Under the pieces are notes generated by a model. It worked only from the letters and a program-made list of their open reading frames with translations, had not been told where the DNA came from and made no database searches. A program made the translations under genes and the position numbers. Shown in pieces: positions 50,015-60,489 of a stretch of 64,000 nt of DNA. The first letter of the stretch is position 1. Every line of letters begins with the position of its first letter. Source of the DNA: an uncultured bacterium (GTDB lineage: Bacteria; Babelota; Babeliae; Babelales; Babelaceae); NCBI GenBank assembly GCA_963848965.1, contig CAWKFG010000001.1, positions 160,001 through 224,000 of the forward strand, in the 5' to 3' direction.

Positions 50015-50749
50015 TCAATTAGTACTGTTTATAAATCTAAAACATTTAGTAGCATCTAATTTATTTCCAAATTTTAGAAAATCTCTTGCAATTTTTCCAA
50101 CATAATGGGGATCCATTGTGCTACCCATTTCCTTTACTGCACAATAGGCAGAGCAATAGGCAAATCCATAAACTATGGCGGCACCGAATTCATCAACGTT
50201 GATGCCATATTTTTTTGCTTCTTCTCCAGTGGATTTCATCTCTTTTTCTACTTTTTCTATATCTGGCATGAATATTTTATAGATCATTGGTTTAAAGAAA
50301 TCTGATCCAACTTCTTTATCATAGTAATCGTATAAAATGGAATAATATAAGGCTAAAATGATGGCGCTTTGTGTTTCATTTAAATGAGCATCTTTAATCA
50401 TTTTTTTTATAGCAATAGTCTTTAATCTATCTCTTCGTCCACGTATAAACTGATTTGCTGCGGACTTATTAGCGCTAAATTTTTTGTTGGCCTTCTGTTG
50501 TACGTCTTGAGAAATACTATTAGGCATACGTATGCTATATATTTTTTTTTCTAAAGCAGCTATTTCTTTTTGGTTATGTAACTGATGAGCAATAGCATAG
50601 TGAAAAATCAAATCTACTGCTTTTGTTCCTTCATGATAATAATCATGGTTTGTAGAGTATCTCGCAGGTTTGCAGTATACGTTATTGAAGAAAGAAAAAG
50701 TAATTAAAGATGGCAGTAAAAAGAAAGCTCTTAGAAGAAAATTAAACAT
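50015..50749 (-). CDS. Hypothetical exported protein
   Basis: 244 aa, hydrophobic N-terminus, SD GAGGG. Confidence 0.7.
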   Translation of the reverse strand: MFNFLLRAFFLLPSLITFSFFNNVYCKPARYSTNHDYYHEGTKAVDLIFHYAIAHQLHNQKEIAALEKKIYSIRMPNSISQDVQQKANKKFSANKSAANQFIRGRRDRLKTIAIKKMIKDAHLNETQSAIILALYYSILYDYYDKEVGSDFFKPMIYKIFMPDIEKVEKEMKSTGEEAKKYGINVDEFGAAIVYGFAYCSAYCAVKEMGSTMDPHYVGKIARDFLKFGNKLDATKCFRFINSTN

Positions 50750-50852
50750 GTGAATCCCTCAATGATATGATTGTAAAATTACTAACACTAATTTAATAAG
50801 GGTTGGCAAGTATTGCAAACGGTTACTTTAATTAAAATAGTGAATGAAAAAC

Positions 50853-52434
50853 TTATCTAAGTATTTTGCTCATACACTCTAGTATGAGCTTTTGTGTTTC
50901 TTGCTTAAAAGCAAGACCGACTAGTGTTATATGTTTTTTTGTAAGAAGATATCGCTCATAGTATTTTTGTTCTTCTATTTGACGTAATGCAGTTTGAGCA
51001 TTAACGTTAAATTTAAGCTCAAAGATATAAACATGTGTCTTTGTGATGAGAACTAGATCTATTCTGCCTTTGTCTGTACTAACTTCTGATTGGATATCTA
51101 GGCCGAGAAGTTTGCCAATGATCTGAAAAAGTGAATGATAACAACGCTCTTGAGCGATGTGTAACTGATAGGGAATGTGTGCTAAGAGACTTTGCAAAAG
51201 TTCACAAAAGAGAGAAATATCATTTTCTTTAAGGGCGTATACTAATTGTGAGGTTGCTTTTTCTACGGTAGTAACGTTTGTATTTGATAAAGCAGCTAAG
51301 AGGTACTTTTTGAAAAGATTCGTGTACTTCTTTATTGGGGTAGCCTAACTTATACTTAGATGTAACTGAATCATAATTAATTATAGTAAGGTACCCTGTT
51401 TGAAAGAGTAATGTAATAGGTGGTATATCTTCAAGATCAACGGTTCCTAAGCCTGTCGTAGTAAATTCTGCATATTCAAGGCCTTCAAGTGAGGTATAGT
51501 GTTTTTTTAGAAATTGTATAAGAAAAAATGGTGTTCCTGACTCAAACCAATAATTTTTAAGCTCTTTTTTATCAAGATAGTAGAGAATTGAATAAGGATT
51601 ATATACTTTTGCTTCATGGCTTGAAAATCGGTAGCCATGATACCAGATTTTCATAATTTCTCGTATATTTTCTGATGTAGTACTATGAACTTCTGCTATT
51701 TCAGCAATATTATTAGAAAAATATGTCTCAAGTTCTTCTTGAGTATATCCTAAAAGTGATGCAGCAATTGGATCAAGTGTGAGATCATCAAGATTGTTAA
51801 GACCAGAAAAAATTGAGGTTTTTGAGAATTTGCTTACTCCTGTTATAAAAATAGCACGTAGATGTGGATCAAGTCCTTTTAAAACACCGTAAAAACTTTT
51901 TAGGATTTCACGCATTTTCTTTGCTACTTCAATATCATGGAGATGGCTCAAGAGCGGATAATCATATTCGTCAATAAGAATGGCTACTTTATTGCGTTCA
52001 GAAAGTTTTCTAATAAGTGAAGTAAACATATCTTCTAGGATTGTAGCTTCAAGAGTGATGGTATAGTTTTGAGCGATAGTTTCTAATGTATATCGTAAGC
52101 TTGCTTCAAGATGTTCTGGTGTACGATGTGCTATAGTTGAAAAATCAAGATGAATTACGGGGTGCTCTGCCCAATCATGATTTGAAGTATAAAGCCAAAG
52201 TCCTTTGAAGAGCTCTTTGTTACCTGAAAAAAATTCTTTTAATGTTGAGATAAGCAGCGTTTTGCCAAATCGTCGGGGCCTAGAAAGAAAATAGTACCGC
52301 TTTCCTTTGCTAAATAGCTTATAAATAAAGTGCGTTTTATCTACATAGAGATAATTACCTTGGACCATTGTGTGAAAATCACTAACATCGGTAGGTAAAT
52401 ACTTTACAGATTTTGTATTGTTTGGCATATTCAC
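50853..52434 (-). pseudogene. AAA-ATPase-like + PD-(D/E)XK nuclease protein, frameshifted
   Basis: YVDKT...RPRRFGKTL...IDEYD...TGVSKF; C-terminal GRIDL...IFELK in another frame; extra A in an A5 run near 51310. Could be sequencing error. Confidence 0.85.
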
Positions 52435-52694
52435 TTACATTATTGAGAAGGTGCTTTTACTGTGAACCTATAGTATTTCCATTTTATACCACAAAAACAA
52501 AATAAACGCACGAGCAAAGTAAATGGGTTACTTTGTAAAATAGATTGAGCTTTTTTATCAAGCTTAAACAAGCAATGGATGAGTAAGGCAGTCTTAACGT
52601 GAACTTAAGAAGCTATTAGAAGAGCGAAAGAATTGATGTTATAGTATACTATGCAGAATATCAAGGTTGTGTTTGTCCTTAATGAGAAAATAAT

Positions 52695-55304
52695 ATGAGA
52701 ACAAAAGTTTTAATAGTGTTTATAAGTATCTTCTGTTGTACTCCTCTTTTAACATATGGCATGAAAAGAAAAAGAGGAAAAAGTGAGCAGGTAAAGCATA
52801 GGTCTAAAAAAAGAAAAGCTTCTTCTCAAGAGTTATTGCTTATTGAGGCTGCTACTAAGGGTGATTTAGCTACGGTAAATAAACTACTTGCTTTAAATAG
52901 CGAACACACGTCTTCAATTGATATAAATGCTAAGGATAGCGACGGTTTTACTGCTTTGATGAAAGCTGCACGGCATAGTCGTATAGAAGTGGTAAAGGTT
53001 CTATTAGCAGCAAAAGCTAGTGTTAATAAGAAGAACGCAAAAGGTTCATCAGCATTACTCTATGCGGCTATAAGTAACAATCCTACTATAATAGACCTTC
53101 TTATTGAAGCAGGTGCTCACATTAACTATAAAAATAAAGACGAATGGACGCCTTTAATATATGCAGTTTATTATAACAACAAGGAGGCAGTTGAAAAACT
53201 ATTAAAAGCTAAAGCTTCCATTGACCTGACAGATTCAACTGAGATGACTGCTTTTATGTGGGCAGCAAAAAGAGGTCATAAGGAGCTTTTATATAAGTTG
53301 GTCAATGACCGTGATGATGTCAATAAAAAAGACCGTAATGGCGATACGGCCTTGCATCATGTAGCTCGTGCGGGCTTAGCGCATATGATTTCAGAACTTT
53401 TAAGCTGTGGCGCAGACATTGAAGCTAAAAATAATACTGGTGATACTCCGTTAATGGCTGCAGTAAAGGTAAACAAGCAGGAAGTTGTTCGTGAATTACT
53501 TGAAGAAGATGCAGATTTTGATGCTGTAGATAATAAGGGACATTCACTTTTATTTGTTGCTGCTCAATATGGGTTTACGACCATTGCGCAAGAGTTGCTA
53601 GAAATTGGAGCTGTAATCGATACAAAGGACTGTGAGGGTCATACACCTTTAATCATTGCTTCTTCTTGTGGACAAAAAGATATAGTTAAACTATTGCTAG
53701 ATGTTAGTGCTCAAAAAAATTTAACAGATAGTTCTAAAGCTACTGCAGCATACTGGGCTGCTTATCAGGGCCATAGTGAAATTGTCGCTCTTCTTGAGGT
53801 AAAGGATAATAATCCTAACATATTACTTGCTGCTGCAACGAATAATCATAAAGATTTGGTAAACAAGCTTTTAGAAAGAGGAACTGATATTAATGTGCAG
53901 GATGCAAAAGGCGATACTGCACTTATAGCTGCTTCAACAAAAGGAAATAGAGAATTTGTTCATGAATTAATAAGCAAAGGTGCCTCAATTGATATACAAA
54001 ATAAGAAAGGATCGACTGCTCTTTTTTGTTCTATTATGAATGGACATAAAGATACTGTTCAACTTCTATTACAGCATGGTGCGACTGTTAATATGCAGGA
54101 CCGAGAAAAAGCTACTCCTTTAATATATGCAGTTTATTATGGTAATGAGGAAATAACACAGATGCTTCTTCAAGCAGGTGCTGATATTGCAGTAAGGGAT
54201 ATTTATAATCGTTCAGCACTTTCTTATGCTATAGAAGAACAACATTCTAAAGTAGCTCAATTGTTTTTAGCCAAAGAACATGCTATTGCAGGGGATGCTG
54301 AACTGAGCACCTTGCTGTCAACTGCAGCGGTAATGGGTAACCAAGAACTTGTAATGATGCTTTTAGAAAAGGGCTTGCCAATACATGCGGTAAGTGAAGG
54401 TGGATCAACACTGTTAATGAAAGCAGTAAAAGGAAAGAACAGTGCTATTGTGGAAAAATTTCTCTCTTTAGGAGTACCTGTAAATACAAGAGACCAGAGA
54501 GGTAATACAGCCTTGGTATATGCTGCTATAAGCGGATCACCAGAAGTTTTTAGTCTTATTGCTAGTCGGGATGCTGATGCGAGCTCGCGACAAGGAGCTC
54601 TTACGAAAATTATAGAAAGTGGAAACTTCCAATTGCTCAGTAGGTATCTTCAAGTGTATCAATGTACAGATCTTGCTGCACGTTCTTTAGTACCAATTTT
54701 TGTTATAATGGATAAGCTTTCTTTTGAGGAGCTGACTGCTCCTAATAAAGAAGAACGACTTTTTAAGAAGAGGGAAAAAGAACATTATAATGAGCTTGTT
54801 TTACTCTGTAAGCTTGCTTTGCTTCCTCTCATAAGTGCTTATGCTCATGCACCAGAAAAAGTCGTTACAGAAGTACAAGATGGTATTTTTACGCGAGATG
54901 AATTTCATCAAACTTCACTTATACGAGCTAGTATATTTGGACATTTTTCTATAGTAGAGCAGTTACTTGCATGTAACTTACCATCAGACTATGTTAATGC
55001 TCAAGATAAGTTAGGGCGTACTGCATTGATGTACGCAGTACTTTATGGGTATGGAGACATTGTTCGGCTTCTGCTTCCTTATTGCAAAAAAGGTATTAAT
55101 CTTACTGATAACCAAGGAAATAGTGCTTTGTATTATGCTGCATCTCAAGGTAATGATAGAATAATAGAAGAGCTGTGGGATAAAGGAGCACGTCTTTCTA
55201 TTAAGGCTATTAAAGCGGTAGCAGAACAGGGCTCAGCTAAGGTGGCTACAATACTTCTTATTCTTATGAAAACAGGCACTAATCTTTTTGGTGGCAAAAG
55301 GTAA
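52695..55304 (+). CDS. Secreted ankyrin-repeat protein with bipartite NLS
   Basis: Signal ...LTYG-MKRKRGKSEQVKHRSKKRK; about 20 ankyrin repeats. Confidence 0.92.
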   Translation: MRTKVLIVFISIFCCTPLLTYGMKRKRGKSEQVKHRSKKRKASSQELLLIEAATKGDLATVNKLLALNSEHTSSIDINAKDSDGFTALMKAARHSRIEVVKVLLAAKASVNKKNAKGSSALLYAAISNNPTIIDLLIEAGAHINYKNKDEWTPLIYAVYYNNKEAVEKLLKAKASIDLTDSTEMTAFMWAAKRGHKELLYKLVNDRDDVNKKDRNGDTALHHVARAGLAHMISELLSCGADIEAKNNTGDTPLMAAVKVNKQEVVRELLEEDADFDAVDNKGHSLLFVAAQYGFTTIAQELLEIGAVIDTKDCEGHTPLIIASSCGQKDIVKLLLDVSAQKNLTDSSKATAAYWAAYQGHSEIVALLEVKDNNPNILLAAATNNHKDLVNKLLERGTDINVQDAKGDTALIAASTKGNREFVHELISKGASIDIQNKKGSTALFCSIMNGHKDTVQLLLQHGATVNMQDREKATPLIYAVYYGNEEITQMLLQAGADIAVRDIYNRSALSYAIEEQHSKVAQLFLAKEHAIAGDAELSTLLSTAAVMGNQELVMMLLEKGLPIHAVSEGGSTLLMKAVKGKNSAIVEKFLSLGVPVNTRDQRGNTALVYAAISGSPEVFSLIASRDADASSRQGALTKIIESGNFQLLSRYLQVYQCTDLAARSLVPIFVIMDKLSFEELTAPNKEERLFKKREKEHYNELVLLCKLALLPLISAYAHAPEKVVTEVQDGIFTRDEFHQTSLIRASIFGHFSIVEQLLACNLPSDYVNAQDKLGRTALMYAVLYGYGDIVRLLLPYCKKGINLTDNQGNSALYYAASQGNDRIIEELWDKGARLSIKAIKAVAEQGSAKVATILLILMKTGTNLFGGKR

Positions 55305-55396
55305 TCTGTCTATGCAGCAGCTTTCATTTGGAAGGTTTTTCTAAAGATGCTATGCTTTATCATAGCAAAAGGTGTAGTATAAGTGAGTGGCTTTTT

Positions 55397-56520
55397 ATGT
55401 TAAATAAACACAAGGTTCTTCAAGAACTACAGACGATAGTTCCACAGCTTTTCTTTGCTACTGGCCAAGAAAGGGAGATCGCATATAAAATATGGCGCTG
55501 GTTACTTGACCATCCAGAGCAAGCAGAGCCACTTACAGTGTTCTGTGTCTCCCTGGCAGGTTCCTCAATGGTTAGAACAGTTGAGTACTGCAGACATCTA
55601 TTAAAACAGGAAGACATGGCTACAGTGTTACTGCAGTTGATGGCTCACAAATATACCCCGATAGGCATCAAGGAATTGGCTGTTATCTTCTTAATATTGG
55701 CAGAGTAACGCTTACTTATGATGGCCATCTTTCTGGTATGCATACAGATTCGATTCCTTCTGTCTATGCTTTGCAGGAAAATGGTTCGTGGAATGACCTT
55801 TCTCCAGAGAAAATTAATTGTCAAAGAAGTGAGCTTGAGTTGCAAGTAGGGCTTAAGGTAAGTACAGAAGTTACTCAAAAGCGACCATTTCCACATCTTT
55901 TTTTGTGTGATGGTTCTTTAATTTTTTGGCATCTTGATTCGCAAGACGATGTTACTAAAGAGCGCTTTTTGCAAAGCTCTTTATCCCTTTTAGATGATTT
56001 TTATAAAAAGCGGCTCCTTATTGCAGGCTTTATAAGCTTGCCTAAAAGTAAAGAGCTTGTGAACATTGTGCGTATGGCAGTAGATAAGAATATAGTCTCT
56101 TTTGACACTAAGCCCACGTTTGAACATATTGTTGATAGTGATGTTATTTTCCCTTTCTTGCCTACGTATACTCGATCGGCACTCTTTGCTCATTGTTCAT
56201 CTATTACACAGCGCTATCCAGAGCATCTGCGTCCCCATTTTATATATGTAAATATAAACCAAGAGGTTGTACGCATTGAAGTTCCAGCGTGGATTGCGCA
56301 TGACCAAGAAGCTCTTACAACAACGCTTGAAATAGCTCTTGATCAATGTATAAAAGGGCATGGCTATCCTGTAGCGCTGTCAGAAGCCCATGAACAGGCT
56401 GTAGTTAAAAATATTGATAGAGAATTCTTTTTTCAGATGCTCTATAAATTAAGCTCAGATCATAAATATCCCATAAAACCTTCACAAAAAAGCCTTAAAA
56501 AGAAGTTTGTTAGCATTTAA
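55397..56520 (+). pseudogene. NurA-domain nuclease split by two indels
   Basis: AVDGSQIYPDRH, LFLCDGSL, RIEVPAW, GHGYPVALSEAHEQAVV; N-terminus MLNKHK in another frame; indels near 55530 and 55593. Could be sequencing error. Confidence 0.8.
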
Positions 56521-56615
56521 ATGCTAGAAAAACTCTTTTTTTACAAGAGCTCATTCACTGTTTTTGCCAAAGTTCTAACTATATTGCAGAGATCATAGCT
56601 TTTTTCTATGCATTT

Positions 56616-56643
56616 TTGACAAATATAAAATAAAATATATAAT
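56616..56643 (+). promoter_or_regulatory. Sigma70-type promoter
   Basis: TTGACA-16nt-TATAAT upstream of the ankyrin gene. Confidence 0.65.
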
Positions 56644-56686
56644 TTATAACATAATAAATAATAATATATAGGATATTTTGATTGAT

Positions 56687-57961
56687 ATGTATAGAATTAT
56701 TGTAACTATGCTCTTATTAGCGTGTAGTAGCCTGTCTTTAACCATGAAGCGGGATAACAGCTGTGAAGGTGGAACGGCTCTGAAATTGAGAAAATCAGAA
56801 ACTGGTGAGCGCATTGCAGGTATTTCAACTACTACTCAAGACGGGCTCTATAGAGCATTAGAATTAGTAGTGCTCAATAATCAAGTAAACTCTTTAAAAA
56901 AGCTTCTTGAACGTGAAGTTGAGCAGAAAATTCTTAATAAATGTCTTGTTTTTGCCTGTCAAAGAGGTTTTAATGATATAGTATCAGTACTACTAGCTGC
57001 AGGAGCAGACCCAAACACATGTACTGAAAAAACAAGAATTCCTGTACTTCTGTTGGCTGCACAAGGTGGCCATACGCAGGTAGTATCATTACTTCTTGGC
57101 GCAGGTGCAGATAAGGATGCGACTAATGAGTATGAAGATACTGCGCTGCTAGTTGCAACAGAAAGCGGTTATAGTGACCTTGTTGCTCTTTTGATTGAAG
57201 CAAAAGCTTGCGTTGATAAGCAAAATTCACTCTATGATACTGCTCTTATGGTAGCTACAGCATGTGGTTACAAAGATATTGTTAAAATGCTCATTAGAGC
57301 AGGAGCTAATTGTGATCTCCGTAACTTCTGTGGGGAAACGGCTCTTACGCTTGCTGCAATAAATGAGCGTACAGAAATAGCAGCGTTGCTTGTTGGTGCA
57401 GGTGCAGATACTACAAGTGCTGATAATCAAGGAAAAATAGCATTACAGCATGCACGGGATAATGGTTGCAAAGATGTTATCCATCTTCTTACTTTGTGTA
57501 GAGATCTTGAAATGCAAGCGTATATAAGGAATCCTCAAGCATACTTCTCTTCTTCAAGTGTACATTATACTATACTTTTGTGGGCTAGCATGTGTGGACA
57601 CACTTTTATAATTGCACAACTCCTTGAGCTGCCTCATATAAAAGAGGTAGTAAGTGGGCAAGATGAACGTGGTTATACACCGCTTATGTATGCTCTTCTT
57701 TATGGGCACTATGATAGTGCATTGCTTCTTATCAAAGCAAGCTCTCAAGAAGGTATAAACCTTTGTAATAAGCAAGGTAAAAATGCGCTCTTTTATGCTA
57801 CAATAAAAGGGAATTTGAGGCTTGTTGGTGCACTTTTAGAAGCAGGAGCAGAAGCTTCCTATAATGAGGTCAAGCTTGCAGCCCATCAAAAATACTTACA
57901 AGTTATGGGACGTCTTCTTTTTGTAGTACATGAGGCTCAATTACCGGCACTTTTTAAGTAG
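56687..57961 (+). CDS. Secreted ankyrin-repeat protein
   Basis: Signal ...SLSLT-MKR...KLRK; ankyrin repeats. Confidence 0.9.
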   Translation: MYRIIVTMLLLACSSLSLTMKRDNSCEGGTALKLRKSETGERIAGISTTTQDGLYRALELVVLNNQVNSLKKLLEREVEQKILNKCLVFACQRGFNDIVSVLLAAGADPNTCTEKTRIPVLLLAAQGGHTQVVSLLLGAGADKDATNEYEDTALLVATESGYSDLVALLIEAKACVDKQNSLYDTALMVATACGYKDIVKMLIRAGANCDLRNFCGETALTLAAINERTEIAALLVGAGADTTSADNQGKIALQHARDNGCKDVIHLLTLCRDLEMQAYIRNPQAYFSSSSVHYTILLWASMCGHTFIIAQLLELPHIKEVVSGQDERGYTPLMYALLYGHYDSALLLIKASSQEGINLCNKQGKNALFYATIKGNLRLVGALLEAGAEASYNEVKLAAHQKYLQVMGRLLFVVHEAQLPALFK

Positions 57962-59027
57962 CATCTTCTTTTGGTTGTGGTACATATACAATACTATGCT
58001 TTTCTGGATGAGGAGAGATGCATGTCTCTAGAATAAGCTTTTGGCCATTACAGAGGTCTATTTCTAAAGGAATACTACAAGAAAGTTCTAGAAGGCGATT
58101 ATTAGTCAATATGAGTTTTTGTAAACATGTAAGTGTTGCAGTTACTTGAGGAATTTCTTCAAGCTTATTATAACTTAAGTCAAAGGCAGTAAGAGAGCTT
58201 GCAGGTAGAGCATTGAGCCCTAAAAAGCCAAATTCTTTTCGCGCTACATTATTATGTGATACGTCAAGGAGTCTCAGTGTGGTTATTGCGCTTAAACTTC
58301 TAGGTAGCATATCAAGTCTATTCTTTTTTAGGTATAAATCAGTGAGCTTTGTCAGGTTTCCTATCTCATCTGGTAAAGAAGTAAGCTTATTTTTCTTGAG
58401 GGCTAGTTTAAGTACATTAACGAGATATCCAAATTCGGATGGTAGCTTTTTAAGCTTATTGTTACTTATATCTAGAATGGTTAATGATGTCATATGGCTT
58501 ATTTGTAAAGGAAGTTTGTTTATACTGTTCTTGAAGATATAAAGTCCTTTTAGAGAAGGAAGGGTTATGTGAGGAGGAAATCTACTAAGTTGATTCTTTT
58601 CAATAGAAAGAGATGTGAAAGTAGTAGTTAAAGGAAGATGTCCTAGATCGCAATAAGGATTATCAGCTCCTAACTCATTGTTGCTCAAATTTAATGAAGC
58701 TAAGTATCTTAAACAAGTGATATTACTAGGAAATCGAGTAAGATGATTATGTCCTAAATTGATTATAAGAGGATTAAGGTCTTGTAGTTTGGTTACTTGT
58801 GAAAATCGAGTATCTGAATAAGTAAGTGAGTACAGATTGACGAGTGCATCATCACGTAAATTTTGACTCATAAGGTTAAGAGTATATTCTCCTGTTTTCT
58901 CATTATAGGCAATAAGATCCCTTTCATTCTCCGAGCCCGATGAAAATTCGTCTTCTTGTACGCGCTGTTTTTCCATACCAAGAGTAGGAGCCGATAGTAA
59001 AAGAAAAATAAAGAGTACTAGTATCAT
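57954..59027 (-). CDS. Secreted leucine-rich repeat protein
   Basis: About ten LxxLxLxxNxLxxLP repeats; signal ...PTLG-ME. Confidence 0.92.
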   Translation of the reverse strand: MILVLFIFLLLSAPTLGMEKQRVQEDEFSSGSENERDLIAYNEKTGEYTLNLMSQNLRDDALVNLYSLTYSDTRFSQVTKLQDLNPLIINLGHNHLTRFPSNITCLRYLASLNLSNNELGADNPYCDLGHLPLTTTFTSLSIEKNQLSRFPPHITLPSLKGLYIFKNSINKLPLQISHMTSLTILDISNNKLKKLPSEFGYLVNVLKLALKKNKLTSLPDEIGNLTKLTDLYLKKNRLDMLPRSLSAITTLRLLDVSHNNVARKEFGFLGLNALPASSLTAFDLSYNKLEEIPQVTATLTCLQKLILTNNRLLELSCSIPLEIDLCNGQKLILETCISPHPEKHSIVYVPQPKEDAT

Positions 59028-59084
59028 AAATATCCTCTAGAGAGCGCAAAACTAGGCCTCTACGTGTATGCTTTTTGCTAACAC

Positions 59085-60215
59085 TTACCCTAGAAACTTT
59101 TTAAAGAAACTTTTTTTATCCTCTGGGTTACCAGTATCTGTACCAGTGAGGTGAGCATACTCTTTAAGTACTTGTTCAGCTTCGGCAGAAGTCTTTTTAG
59201 GAATAATACACTTTGTTATAACTATTAAATTTCCTCGACCTTTGCCTCGTACGCGGTGGAACCCTTTGCCTGTGACAGTAATTCGAGCATCTATTTGAGT
59301 ACCTTTAGGGATTTTTACTGCTTCTTGAGTACCATCAATGTTCTCTATCTCAATCTGAGCACCTAAAACAAGTTGTGGATAAGAAAGTTGAACAGTATAT
59401 TCAAGATCATCGTCTACTCGCTTAAAGACAGAGTGTGGCATAACATGTACTCGTAAATAAAGATCTCCAGCAGGTCCTCCAAAGATACCGGCATCACCTT
59501 TACCTGCAACACGAAGTTCAGCACCATCATAAATACCTTTTGGTATAGTAATACTTACAGTATCATATTGCTGTATGCGAGATTGCCCTTTGCATGTAGG
59601 GCATGGGTTAGTAATAATATACCCTTCACCATGGCAATGAGGACATGTTTGGCTGTACATGAAGATACCATGACGATAACCAATTTGACCTGCACCTTGG
59701 CATTCTGGACATTGCTGTACAGTTGCTCCTTTAGCCATACCTTTGCCATTACAGGTTTCACATGAAACAAAATGATAGATACGGACCTCTTTTGTCGTTC
59801 CGGTAAATGCTTCTTCTAAAGAGAGTGAGACATCTTTGACAATATCATGGCCACGTTTAGGAGTCGGTTCTGCTTTGCGTGAACGTCGCTTTTGTGCTTG
59901 TCCGCCACCAAAAATCTCACCAAATATATCTTCAAAGTTAGTAAAGATATCATCCATACTCATGCCTTGACCAAAGCCGCCCATGCTAGGGCCTGCATGA
60001 CCAAATTGATCATATTGCTTTCTTTTTTCTGCATTTGAAAGCACTTCATATGCTTCAGCAGCTTCTTTAAACTTGTCTTCAGCTTCTTTATTATCAGGAT
60101 TTCTATCAGGATGGTACTTCATTGCTAGTTTTCTATAGGCTGCCTTAATCTCATCTTGAGTAGCAGTCTTAGAAACGCCTAGCACTTCGTAGTAATCTCG
60201 TTTATTATTGTTCAT
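59085..60215 (-). CDS. dnaJ: Molecular chaperone DnaJ
   Basis: J-domain HPD, G/F-rich region, four CxxCxGxG repeats. Confidence 0.97.
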   Translation of the reverse strand: MNNNKRDYYEVLGVSKTATQDEIKAAYRKLAMKYHPDRNPDNKEAEDKFKEAAEAYEVLSNAEKRKQYDQFGHAGPSMGGFGQGMSMDDIFTNFEDIFGEIFGGGQAQKRRSRKAEPTPKRGHDIVKDVSLSLEEAFTGTTKEVRIYHFVSCETCNGKGMAKGATVQQCPECQGAGQIGYRHGIFMYSQTCPHCHGEGYIITNPCPTCKGQSRIQQYDTVSITIPKGIYDGAELRVAGKGDAGIFGGPAGDLYLRVHVMPHSVFKRVDDDLEYTVQLSYPQLVLGAQIEIENIDGTQEAVKIPKGTQIDARITVTGKGFHRVRGKGRGNLIVITKCIIPKKTSAEAEQVLKEYAHLTGTDTGNPEDKKSFFKKFLG

Positions 60216-60489
60216 ATGTGTTATGTGCAAAGATATGTTAATATTGTGTTTACCTTAAAGTATACCATATTTTAAAAAAAAGGCTATTGTAGCATTTCTC
60301 TTGCCAAAGCACTTTGATTATCTGTTTTTTACCTGTAGTGCACCCTCAATAAAAGATTTGCGTGTTTAGAAAAATGAGTGTATACGATCTAATTCCAATA
60401 AATATTTCTAGTTGAGTATTATAGATATCCTGCTATACTCATTAGATGATAGGCTATTGGATAGTCAATGTTATTATTGAGGTTAAGTA

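Noticed and set aside
51305..51315. Programmed frameshift in the AAA-PD-(D/E)XK gene
   Set aside because: Only a short A-run with no evident stimulatory structure; error or mutation is more likely.
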